Shown here piece by piece: positions 10,301 to 19,958 of a DNA stretch of 64,000 bases. The translations under genes and the position numbers were made by a program. The notes under the pieces were generated by a model that was given only the letters and a program-made list of their open reading frames with translations, did not search any database and had not been told where the DNA came from. This DNA is from an uncultured cyanobacterium (GTDB lineage Bacteria > Cyanobacteriota > Cyanobacteriia > Pseudanabaenales > Pseudanabaenaceae): the NCBI GenBank assembly GCA_963703315.1, contig OY969811.1, forward strand, positions 1,248,001-1,312,000, given 5' to 3'. Every line of letters begins with the position of its first letter. Position 1 is the stretch's first letter.

Positions 10301-10960
10301 TTAATGATGCGTTATGGTAGCCAGATTAGCACCACCGCAGGGACAGCAAACGCAGGTGGCAACGGTGGCAACATCAATGTTAATGCGGGTTTTATCATTG
10401 GTGTGAAGGGAGAGAATAGCGATATCTTTGCGAATGCGTTTACGGGCAATGGCGGTAACATAAATATTAGGACTAATGGCATTTACGGTTTAGAGTTCCG
10501 TTCTCAACTGACACCTTTTAGCGACATTACCGCTAGTTCTCAATTTGGTTTACAAGGAAATGTAATTGTGACTACTCCATCGCTCGATCCTAGTCGAGGA
10601 TTAACCAATTTACCTGTCAATCTTACCGATCCATCGAAGCAGATTAGTCAAAGCTGTGGCGTTGGTGGTAAATTGTCGGGTCGTGATAATAGCTTTACAG
10701 TTTCAGGTAGAGGTGGTTTACCCAAAAGTCCGAGTGATGAGCTTTCCAGTACTCAGCCTTTAGTGGAATTAGCAGAACTTGTACCAAGTAGCGCTAATCA
10801 AGTCTCAGTAATAGAACAGAAGCAGGAGGTAATTAAGGAATCTCCAAAAGTTATTGTGGAAGCAAATGCGATCGCTAGAGATAGAGACGGCAAACTCCGA
10901 TTAATGTCAGATTCTAATCCTCTCAGTCCCGCGATACCTCAGCTTTCCTGTGTTAGATAA
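7304..10960 (+). CDS. Filamentous haemagglutinin-family (TpsA-like) exoprotein
   Basis: Signal peptide ending AQI; TPS domain NLYHSFQDFSV/NLFLLNPHGI; many GNGGxI beta-helix repeats; cyanobacterial C-terminal SFTVSGRGGLP motif. Confidence 0.9.
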   Translation: MQLTLRYVCISGAIAISYFTAVFPTMAQIVTDQTLPVNSTVTTSGLIHTINGGTARGVNLYHSFQDFSVPIDNTAYFNNASNVQNILTRVTGNSVSNIEGMIKTNGNANLFLLNPHGITFGASAKLDIGGTFVGSTANSLKFADGSEFSATNPQTPPLLTTDITLGLQYGTSNTGATIANRGNLSTGQDLILNADQLDLQGQLQAGRDLTLRSPNPIIGDAHFYANGNLKFENVDGTLGNLISPNDPVILAGGNVALGNYTGASLHILAGGSVTLGNVTINATGAVNTTINPSNTALFNATKSYADLATFYLTDYQAIKNGDGSVQNIVPIQIPITINGNSQATLDVRTGVDWSQLGGLPSSPIVSGAIASTPTYVNPPTRADITVNGTIRVNQPSGLVLLTNQFMPNTLQGKISTQEINTGTSVVGANAGDIRIYGRGDIVINSNLIAYAEPNTGNAGNGGSVAISSYAGNIRMSSDLYTDSFTLIGNTSNGGKISFSSYLGNILLDNMYFESSSFAYDGNSANAGDVSLTSHSGNITVTRPIWKSPSVSLASGYSGNGGAVSFATYSGNITIKDVQSFFGDTGTYLDTGTYSGSKSSGNGGAFSLASNSGNISLTNAPLNSSTASYSSSTLDSAGNGGAISLATGSGDITLNDLTLYSYSFAQSANSRNGGAISLYSGSGNIKLNNSTLSAYSFAPAASSQNGGMVSISAPNGNIISDLTSYILSFSISKLGSQSGNGGEINLVAKNQINNLALFTSSAFGQAGTVNINGLGDLTISNLQIITSKTVNFPKRDYDINDPNTFITTIFGAGQNGRSGDVVITGLGNLTFDNTLILSTTQGTDSAGNILITSPNLITFQNNSQVLSNTSSKGNAGNINVVAGQAITFKQNSQITAQTSSEGKAGNIDLNAGNSILFTAGTGLFANTTQGSTGDGGNITIDPQYVTLQDGAAIAVGSLGSGVGGNISIFANYLSLINGSSITASTASTNGGNINLTIPSILMMRYGSQISTTAGTANAGGNGGNINVNAGFIIGVKGENSDIFANAFTGNGGNINIRTNGIYGLEFRSQLTPFSDITASSQFGLQGNVIVTTPSLDPSRGLTNLPVNLTDPSKQISQSCGVGGKLSGRDNSFTVSGRGGLPKSPSDELSSTQPLVELAELVPSSANQVSVIEQKQEVIKESPKVIVEANAIARDRDGKLRLMSDSNPLSPAIPQLSCVR

Positions 10961-10997
10961 TACCGTGGCGGCGCTTCGCGCCGCCACGGTATTATCT
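10955..10997. repeat. Perfect palindrome, 20-bp arms, overlapping the FHA stop codon
   Basis: agataataccgtggcggcgc-ttc-gcgccgccacggtattatct. Confidence 0.9.
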
Positions 10998-11035
10998 GGT
11001 ATAAAATACTAACATTGCTTCTCGGAGTGAAATCT

Positions 11036-11620
11036 ATGACCGCTTATACAGTCAACCTCGATCCGATTGTAAAACTGACCAGAGAGCAGTTTTATGAATT
11101 ATGTGCGGCAAATCCAGAACTCAAACTAGAACGAAACCCTAATGGAGAACTCGTAATTATGTCCCCCACTGGTGGCGAAACAGGTGCTTGGAATTCTGAA
11201 ATCAATCTTGATTTAGGGCTTTGGAACCGTCAAAGCGCTACAGGAAAAACCTTCGACTCATCAACTGGATTTGCTTTACCTAAAGGTAGCGATCGCTCTC
11301 CTGATGCGGCATGGATACCGATCGCTAAATGGAATGCGCTGACACCTGAACAACGCAAGAAGTTTTTACCCTTATGTCCTGACTTTGCGATCGAGTTATT
11401 ATCGCCCAATGACTCATGGATAAAAGGCTTAGCGAAAATGCAAGAATATCAAGATAATGGTTGTCGTCTGGGTTGGCTGATTGATCCTGAAAGCAAGCGT
11501 GTGGCTATTTATCGTTTGGGGAAGTCCGTTGAAATTCTCGAAGCTCCCGCAAGTTTGTCTGGAGAGGATGTGCTAGTAGGATTTGTGCTGAATTTAGAAC
11601 ATATCTGGTTGTCTGAATAG
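11036..11620 (+). CDS. Uma2-family (PD-(D/E)XK-like) endonuclease
   Basis: MSPTGGETG, FDSSTGF, RSPDAAW, CPDFAIELLSP, LGWLIDP. Confidence 0.92.
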   Translation: MTAYTVNLDPIVKLTREQFYELCAANPELKLERNPNGELVIMSPTGGETGAWNSEINLDLGLWNRQSATGKTFDSSTGFALPKGSDRSPDAAWIPIAKWNALTPEQRKKFLPLCPDFAIELLSPNDSWIKGLAKMQEYQDNGCRLGWLIDPESKRVAIYRLGKSVEILEAPASLSGEDVLVGFVLNLEHIWLSE

Positions 11621-11653
11621 AATCACAAAAAACAAAAACCATAGGAAAAATTC

Positions 11654-14308
11654 ATGCTCTCTTGGGATTCTCTCTTCAATCTAAAACCCAAAAGTAGTAA
11701 ATTCCTACGCTATATCGGAATGGGAACTTGTGTGGCTATTCTTACCCTGTTGTTAGGATGGAATGCTCAGCCTAGTATTGCTAATAATTCGGTAAAGGGC
11801 ATAACCAATGCAACGGATATTACTCAATCCCTATCCAATAATCCTGTAACTCTCGTACAGACAGGGAAACAATATTATCAAGCAGGACAATATGCTCAGG
11901 CGATCGCCAACTGGCAACAAGCCGCTAACATTTACGCACAACAAGGCGATCGCCTCAATCAAGCCGTTGTATCTCAAAATCTTGCCTTAGCCCACCACCA
12001 ACACGGTCATTGGCTAGAAGCAGAGCAGTTAATCTTACGCAGTTTAGAAATTTTACAAGCTAATTCCCAACAGCCTAAATTATTAGCGCAAGCGCTCAAT
12101 ATTCAGGGCAGCATTCACATCGCACAGGGTAAAGCTCAAGACGCATTAACGACTTGGCAAAAGGCAACAGGAATTTATGAACAGGTCGGTGATCAAGACG
12201 GAGTTATTCGCAGCAAGATTAATCAAAGTCAGGCAATGCGATCGCTCGGTCTATATCCCAAAGCCAAAGACATCCTTAAACAAGTGCAATTGGAACTCAA
12301 AGCACTTCCTAACTCTTCCCTGAAAATTTCTAGTTTGATCAATCTTGGCGATACTCTCCGCCTCAATGGAGATTTCACCGAAGCAACAACTATTTTGCAA
12401 GAAAGCCTAGCGATCGCCAAACAACTCAAGGATACAAACACAATTGCCGAGATTCTCCTCAGTTTAGGAAACATTGCCTCTAGTCAACAACAATCCGCTA
12501 GTGAAGGAAATATTGCCTATCGCAAACAAAAGCGTTCTGAGGCGATCGCCTATTATCAACAGGTTGCCCAAATCGCGACTCAGCCGATTCCCAAAGTAAA
12601 AGCCCAACTAAATCAATTGCGACTGGAGATTGAGTTAAACCAGATGGAGTCAGCAAAGATTCTATTACCAACGATCCAAGCCCAACTGCAAAAGCTGCCC
12701 CCTAGCCGCGCTACGGTCTATGCAAAAGTAAATTTTGCCCAAAGCTTGATGAAGTTAAATCCAGATCTTAGCGATCGCCAAGTCGCCTCCCAATTACTTG
12801 CTAATGCTGCCCAACAAGCAAAAGAGATGGGCGATGCTAGATCTGAATCCTACGCGATCGGCTATCTGGGAGAACTCTACGCCCAATCACAACAACTTCC
12901 CGAAGCACAAGAACTAACCGAAAAAGCACTGATCCTTGCCCAGAAATATAATGCTTCGGATATTGCCTATCGCTGGCAGTGGCAATTGGGAAGAGTTCTT
13001 AACTCTCAAGGCAAACCTTCCCAAGCGATCGCCGCCTATAGCGAAGCTGTCAATACCCTAACTTCAATTCGTGGTGATCTTGTCTCTAGCAATGCTGATA
13101 TTCAGTTTTCCTTTCGTGATAGTGTCGAGCCAGTCTATCGTCAGCTTGTAGCCTTACTCCTCAGCACTGAGAATGGTACACAAGTTAGTCAAAAAAATCT
13201 GATTGCTGCGCGTAAGGTAATCGAATCTCTGCAACTAGCCGAATTAGATAACTTCTTTAAAGAGGCTTGCCTGATAGGACGCACTACTCAAGTTGATCAA
13301 GTCGATCCGCAAGCAGCCGTAATTTACCCCATCGTTTTACCAGAAAGTTTAGAAGTGATTATTTCACTTCCAGATCGTTCCCTTCTGCACCATAGCACCC
13401 CAATTTCTCAAGATAAACTAGAAAATCTGTTGAGCGAACTGAGGCGATCGCTACGGCGCACATCCCTTGAGACAGATATTCAATTAACTTCAGAGAAAGT
13501 CTACAATCTCCTTATTGACAAAGAGATAGAGGCTGCCCTAGCCGCAAATAAAATTAAAACTTTGGCATTTGTACTGGATGGTTCTTTACGAAATTTGCCT
13601 ATGTCAGTTCTCTATGATGGGAAACAATACTTGATGGAGAAATATAATCTGGCAATCACACCAGGGTTACAACTTCTCGATCCCCGTCCGCTCCAACGTC
13701 AGCAACTAGAAGTATTTGTTGGTGGCTTGAGCAAAGAAACCCAAGACTTTAACGCATTACCCAATGTCGAGAGAGAAATTCAGCAAATTGCGGCGGTGGT
13801 AAACACTCAAACCCCATTACTCAATGAAACGTTTATTAGCGAATCCATCCAAAAACAAATTAGTAAAATTCCCTTTAGAGTAGTTCATCTAGCTACTCAT
13901 GGAGAATTTAGTTCTGACGCTGAAAAAACCTTTATTTTGACTTGGAATAACCGTCTTGGAGTCAAACAGTTAGGAGAATTACTGCAAACTAGGGATCAAG
14001 ATCGGCGAACTCCCATTGAGTTATTAGTTCTCAGCGCTTGTAAAACTGCCAAAGGAGATAATCGTGCCGCGTTAGGGCTAGCAGGAATGGCAGTGCGATC
14101 GGGAGCGCGGAGTACGATCGCCAGTTTATGGTCAGTCGAAGATAGTGCCACCGCGACATTTATGGCAAATTTTTATCAAGAATTAGCAATTGTCGGCACT
14201 ACCAAAGCTGATGCTTTACGCAAGGCACAGATTAGTCTTTTAAAAAACCCACAATTTACTCATCCCTTTTACTGGTCGCCATTCGTACTAGTCGGCAATT
14301 GGCTATAA
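11654..14308 (+). CDS. TPR + CHAT (caspase/HetF-like) domain protein with N-terminal signal/TM segment
   Basis: TPR repeats; CHAT catalytic motifs VVHLATHGEF and LVLSAC; HPFYWSPFVLVGNWL terminus. Confidence 0.92.
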   Translation: MLSWDSLFNLKPKSSKFLRYIGMGTCVAILTLLLGWNAQPSIANNSVKGITNATDITQSLSNNPVTLVQTGKQYYQAGQYAQAIANWQQAANIYAQQGDRLNQAVVSQNLALAHHQHGHWLEAEQLILRSLEILQANSQQPKLLAQALNIQGSIHIAQGKAQDALTTWQKATGIYEQVGDQDGVIRSKINQSQAMRSLGLYPKAKDILKQVQLELKALPNSSLKISSLINLGDTLRLNGDFTEATTILQESLAIAKQLKDTNTIAEILLSLGNIASSQQQSASEGNIAYRKQKRSEAIAYYQQVAQIATQPIPKVKAQLNQLRLEIELNQMESAKILLPTIQAQLQKLPPSRATVYAKVNFAQSLMKLNPDLSDRQVASQLLANAAQQAKEMGDARSESYAIGYLGELYAQSQQLPEAQELTEKALILAQKYNASDIAYRWQWQLGRVLNSQGKPSQAIAAYSEAVNTLTSIRGDLVSSNADIQFSFRDSVEPVYRQLVALLLSTENGTQVSQKNLIAARKVIESLQLAELDNFFKEACLIGRTTQVDQVDPQAAVIYPIVLPESLEVIISLPDRSLLHHSTPISQDKLENLLSELRRSLRRTSLETDIQLTSEKVYNLLIDKEIEAALAANKIKTLAFVLDGSLRNLPMSVLYDGKQYLMEKYNLAITPGLQLLDPRPLQRQQLEVFVGGLSKETQDFNALPNVEREIQQIAAVVNTQTPLLNETFISESIQKQISKIPFRVVHLATHGEFSSDAEKTFILTWNNRLGVKQLGELLQTRDQDRRTPIELLVLSACKTAKGDNRAALGLAGMAVRSGARSTIASLWSVEDSATATFMANFYQELAIVGTTKADALRKAQISLLKNPQFTHPFYWSPFVLVGNWL

Positions 14309-14309
14309 C

Positions 14310-14424
14310 TATAGCCATAGCCAAGCAAGTTAAGACATAAAACCCAAAAGAGAGGTGCGGCGCAAAGCGCCGCACCTCTCTTTTGGGTTTTGGTTTTGTC
14401 CTAACATAGCTAACTACAGATATA
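14310..14424. mobile_element. 115-bp MITE with IS630-like ends and a central palindrome
   Basis: tatagccatagcc..gttaagacataaaacccaaaagagaggtgcggcgc-aaa-gcgccgcacctctcttttggg..gtcctaacatagctaactacagatata. Confidence 0.8.
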
Positions 14425-14478
14425 TCAAAAAACGAGTAACATATTCATCATCAGTCACTCCTTCTAGGAAATAAGGCT

Positions 14479-15231
14479 ATGCTTCACAAATTGTTGTATC
14501 CAAACTATGCGATTTTGGCGATCGCTACACTCTCGCAAATAAGCACATCTTCTGTTTTTGTAGTCGGTGCTAACGCTCAAACCTTTGAGCCGCCTGTAAG
14601 TAACCCCTCTCCCCCCATAACTATTGGCGGCGGCAGACGGGGTGGTGATGGACAATGCTTAAAAGATCGAGATCTTCAGCGAAAAGATGTCAAGTTGAAA
14701 CATTCTTTAGAGCAACAGCTTACTGCGTTACTCCCTCCTAACAAATTCGGTCTTACCATCTCATCTCATCCGCAATTTTTTGCCTATATTCCCAAAACTA
14801 ACGCGATCGCTGTCGAATTTACCCTTGAGAATCCACAAGGTAAAGGCATTGCCCGCAAAAGATTAGAACTCACAAGTACTCCTAGTATTGTGAATGTTCA
14901 ATTTGACCAAATACCTCTAGAAGTTGGCAAAGACTATAAATGGCTAATTTCTGTAGTATGCAAGACTGGCGATCCTGAAGATCTGTTTGCTGAGGGTATC
15001 ATTCGGCGCATCAAACCAGAGCCAACTCTGCTCAAGCAATTGGAACAGGCAACTGCGATCGAAAAAGTATATATATACGCCAAGTTTGGAATTTGGCATG
15101 AGGCGATCGCTGACCTTGCCAATTTGCGGCGCACCCACCCCAATAGTGCGGATCTAAAGACTAATTGGCTGAACTTACTTAAGTCCTCCAACCTCGAACC
15201 TCTAGCCAATATCCCCCTCAAAAAGCTATAG
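14479..15231 (+). CDS. DUF928-domain secreted protein
   Basis: GGGRRG..C, GLTISSHPQFFAYIP, LEVGKDYKW, YAKFGIWHEA; signal peptide. Confidence 0.88.
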   Translation: MLHKLLYPNYAILAIATLSQISTSSVFVVGANAQTFEPPVSNPSPPITIGGGRRGGDGQCLKDRDLQRKDVKLKHSLEQQLTALLPPNKFGLTISSHPQFFAYIPKTNAIAVEFTLENPQGKGIARKRLELTSTPSIVNVQFDQIPLEVGKDYKWLISVVCKTGDPEDLFAEGIIRRIKPEPTLLKQLEQATAIEKVYIYAKFGIWHEAIADLANLRRTHPNSADLKTNWLNLLKSSNLEPLANIPLKKL

Positions 15232-15298
15232 CCAGTGATGTTAAGACAAAACCACAACTCTCTCTTGCTATAATCCAAATTTAGTCATAAAAAGCAAA

Positions 15299-16978
15299 AT
15301 GTCTACAGATCCTGATGAACTAATTTTCTTAGAGGAAGATGAAGAGTTATCTCTTGTAGATGAAGATGCAGACAGATACTCTATTGTAGAAAGTCGAAAC
15401 GATGCATCTTTAGCCATTCATGAATTTAGCTCCTTACACAACAGATCAACATGGAAAGTCTTAATTTGTGATGATGATCGCTCTGTTCATAAAGTTACGA
15501 AGCTGGCTCTAGATGGATTTAAGTTTGCAAACAAAAAATTAGAGATAATGTACGCTTCCTCTGGTGCTGAAGGACTCAAAATCATCGAGCAGCATCCTGA
15601 TATCGCGGTGATTTTTCAAGATGTAATCATGGAGACTAATAACTCAGGATTACAAGCCATCAAATATATTCGGGAAGTTCTGCAAAATCAATTGGTACGC
15701 ATTATTCTGCGTACAGGACAACCAGCAGAATTTCCTGAATCTTCGGTGATTCTGAACTATGACATCAATGACTACAAGTCAAAAACAGAACTGACTGAAC
15801 AAAAACTTTTTACAACACTAATTTCGAGTTTGAGAGCCTATAGCTCGCTACTAAGTCTTTCTGAAAGCCGCCAGCAGTTGTCTATATTAAATACTCAACT
15901 TCAAGATTTTAATCAGAACTTAGAGAAAATCGTCCAAGAGCGCACTATTGAACTTGCGATCGCGAAAGAAGCCGCAGATAGTGCTAACAAAGCTAAAAGT
16001 CAGTTTCTCACCAATATGAGTCATGAACTGAGAACTCCTCTCAATTCAATTCTTGGTTATGCTCAGGTTCTCCAGATGAGTGATGATCCCATTAATCATC
16101 AAAAGGGATTAGATGTCATCCAAAGTAGTGGTAACCATCTGCTATCACTGATTAATGACATTCTTGATCTTTCCAAAATTGAAGCTGGTAAATTAGAAAT
16201 TGATTATGAACCGTTCTATTTAGATGGACTTCTTACTGATCTCATCGATTCCTTAAAGATTCAAGCTAACAATCAAGCAGTAGAAATCCTCTATCAGCCA
16301 AGCGGAAAGATTCCCAAATTTGTTTATGGTGATGCGAAAAGGTTGCGCCAAGTAATATTTAACCTCATGGGTAATGCCATTAAGTTTACGAAAAAAGGTA
16401 CGGTGTCTTTAGTTATACAAAGCCTAAGCCATAACAAAATTCGCTTTGATATTACTGACAGTGGTATTGGTATTGCATCAGAGAACCTATCTAAAATATT
16501 TGAATCCTTTGAACAGGTTGGCAATCCTGTAGATCGGCAATCAGGTACAGGCTTGGGTTTAGCGATTAGCAAAAAGCTGGTGGCGATCATGGGAGGAGAG
16601 CTAAATGTAGAAAGCACTTTAGGTAAAGGGAGTAATTTCTGGCTAGAGATTGATTTACCTACCTATGTAAGTGCAACACCAATTAATTTAGACTTAGAGC
16701 ATAAATATCATGATGCTGTTCCTACGGCGATCGCCTCTCATCTATCTGCAACAGTCACTAATGCAGAGGGTAATCCAGAGGCTACTCTCATACCCGATCG
16801 CCACATTGTATTAGAACTATTGGAACTCACCAAAGTAGGCGATATCCAAGCTTTACAAGAACGTGTCAAACAATTAGAACAGTCTGATCCCAGATTACAA
16901 ATGTTTAGTGGAGAAATCTTGAAGTTGATCAAGAGCTTTCAACTTCGTAAAATCTTAAGTTATCTCAACTCTCTTTAA
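15299..16978 (+). CDS. Histidine kinase with N-terminal receiver domain
   Basis: REC (VLICDDD, FQDVIME, ILRTGQP); HisKA MSHELRTPL; HATPase NLMGNAIKFT, DSGIG, GTGLGL. Confidence 0.92.
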   Translation: MSTDPDELIFLEEDEELSLVDEDADRYSIVESRNDASLAIHEFSSLHNRSTWKVLICDDDRSVHKVTKLALDGFKFANKKLEIMYASSGAEGLKIIEQHPDIAVIFQDVIMETNNSGLQAIKYIREVLQNQLVRIILRTGQPAEFPESSVILNYDINDYKSKTELTEQKLFTTLISSLRAYSSLLSLSESRQQLSILNTQLQDFNQNLEKIVQERTIELAIAKEAADSANKAKSQFLTNMSHELRTPLNSILGYAQVLQMSDDPINHQKGLDVIQSSGNHLLSLINDILDLSKIEAGKLEIDYEPFYLDGLLTDLIDSLKIQANNQAVEILYQPSGKIPKFVYGDAKRLRQVIFNLMGNAIKFTKKGTVSLVIQSLSHNKIRFDITDSGIGIASENLSKIFESFEQVGNPVDRQSGTGLGLAISKKLVAIMGGELNVESTLGKGSNFWLEIDLPTYVSATPINLDLEHKYHDAVPTAIASHLSATVTNAEGNPEATLIPDRHIVLELLELTKVGDIQALQERVKQLEQSDPRLQMFSGEILKLIKSFQLRKILSYLNSL

Positions 16979-16979
16979 A

Positions 16980-18404
<1,425 letters not shown>

Positions 18405-18405
18405 A

Positions 18406-18488
18406 GTTTCTTTAATGATGAACCGCACTTCGTGCGGTTCATCATTAAAGAAACAAAAAAGGAGCGCTTTGCGCTCCTTTTTTGTTTC
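18406..18488. terminator. Two overlapping palindromes after ahcY
   Basis: gtttctttaatgatgaaccgcac-ttc-gtgcggttcatcattaaagaaac and gaaacaaaaaaggagcgc-ttt-gcgctccttttttgtttc. Confidence 0.75.
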
Positions 18489-18542
18489 CATATCTAGTGT
18501 CTGCTATGATGTTTAGTGGAAATTTAAACACTAGATTTGTTT

Positions 18543-19145
18543 ATGGTGGCTCAAATTAAGACGGCTCAGACCAAAGCGCATCAGACAGGGACTAATCAAA
18601 TCCAGACCACGCATTCTCAGCCAAAATCTTTAGATATTAACCCTTCAAAATCTTTAACTCGCGTGACCCCAATCCAAGGTAATATTCAGGTTTTCATCGC
18701 GCCCCATCGTAATCTTCACGCTGATATTATCGCTCAAGCCATGCGCGTTGCTGGTCAAGGCACAAAAGTATTACTAGTGCAGCTTTTTCAAACAGGGATC
18801 AATCAAGGTTTACAAAATCCCAGACGTTTGGTTGAAAACCTAGAATGGTTACGTTGTGATGCTCAGCGTGATCTCTCCAAAAATGAGATTGAGCTAACTG
18901 ATGTGGAAAAAGCGGCAGTACTAGAAATCTGGAACTATGCCAAGACTACGATTAAATCAGCCAATGCTAGTTTAGTTGTACTAGATGAAGTGAATTTGCT
19001 AGTAGAGCGATCGCTGATTACAGAGGCAGAATTGCTAGAGGTGCTAGAAACGCGATCGCCTAAAGTCAATATCATTTTGACAGGTGATTCCATGCCTGAC
19101 AGTATTTCTAACCATGCTGATCAAGTCACGCATCGACGTAACTAA
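18543..19145 (+). CDS. CobO/BtuR-like (corrinoid adenosyltransferase fold) protein with degenerate P-loop
   Basis: QAMRVAGQGTKVLLVQLFQ, LVVLDEVN, IILTG..MP..ADQVT; no GxGKGKT. Confidence 0.7.
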   Translation: MVAQIKTAQTKAHQTGTNQIQTTHSQPKSLDINPSKSLTRVTPIQGNIQVFIAPHRNLHADIIAQAMRVAGQGTKVLLVQLFQTGINQGLQNPRRLVENLEWLRCDAQRDLSKNEIELTDVEKAAVLEIWNYAKTTIKSANASLVVLDEVNLLVERSLITEAELLEVLETRSPKVNIILTGDSMPDSISNHADQVTHRRN

Positions 19146-19151
19146 ATCAAG

Positions 19152-19291
19152 AAAGCTCGCTCAGTGGGAAAGCTTAATTAAATGTAGGATGCGTTAGTGC
19201 AACGTAACGCATCAATTGTGTCTCAATGATGGGTTACGCGATCGCTAACCCATCCTACGTTTAATTCCAACTACTTACTTAAGCGAGCTTT
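19152..19291. repeat. Composite repeat: GTAG-type REP doublet (19184-19258) inside an outer inverted repeat
   Basis: gtaggatgcgttag..taacgcatc ... gatgggtta..taacccatcctac; outer aaagctcgct..agcgagcttt. Confidence 0.75.
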
Positions 19292-19296
19292 ATTTT

Positions 19297-19650
19297 CTAA
19301 GAACCAAGTTTAAACGCTTCTAGAAATAGTCCGTAGGTTATGCCTAGCTTGAAAAAATTTAACATTTCGATAGTCAATGCTCTGGGGGCTAACCTACCAT
19401 CCGCAAGAGTGGCTCGTCTGGGACTATAGACAAAACGATTAATTAGTTCAACCACGAACACAGTAATTGCGGCAATCACGACATCTTGCTCAGATTTTGC
19501 CCCTGAAACCGTAGAAAGCACTGATGCGAAAAAAAATCCCAACAATACGCTAATCAAGATCAAAGACGTTCGCCGCCAAGGGTTACTCGACCATCTCGAT
19601 AACCGTCCAACACTGACATTCACAATAGTACTGAGACGAGTATTCTGCAT
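19297..19650 (-). CDS. ycf20: DUF565/Ycf20-family membrane protein
   Basis: MQNTRL..NPWRR..LLGFF ... YGLFLEAFKLGS. Confidence 0.88.
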   Translation of the reverse strand: MQNTRLSTIVNVSVGRLSRWSSNPWRRTSLILISVLLGFFFASVLSTVSGAKSEQDVVIAAITVFVVELINRFVYSPRRATLADGRLAPRALTIEMLNFFKLGITYGLFLEAFKLGS

Positions 19651-19693
19651 AATTGGAAAATGACTAATTTTTGGGTGAGTTAGCCATAAGCTC

Positions 19694-19842
19694 TAGGACT
19701 TACGCAACGCAACCAAGAACTAAAGTTCTTGGCTTAAAGCTAAAGTCAGCTAAAGCAGACTAAAGAGTCACTATGGTCAACCCGTTTCAACGGGCTTACG
19801 CAATAGCCCTGTAATAAATTACGGGCTATTGCGTAAGCCCTA
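19694..19842. mobile_element. MITE with ends matching the IS701-family element at 58909-60999
   Basis: taggacttacgca...tgcgtaagcccta (13-bp TIR, one mismatch); several internal hairpins; no ORF. Confidence 0.75.
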
Positions 19843-19958
19843 AGAGGATTAGGCTTCAATAGATTTTAAACATTTATCATAATTGCTAGTAATGTTAAAA
19901 CAAAAGGGGATTGCAGCGTTTCGCGCTAATCTTCTACTTGGCAGAGAACAGATCCCAA

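Noticed and set aside
11036..11620. Uma2 gene as part of a restriction or defence system
   Set aside because: No methylase or partner gene; Uma2 genes are abundant and scattered in cyanobacteria
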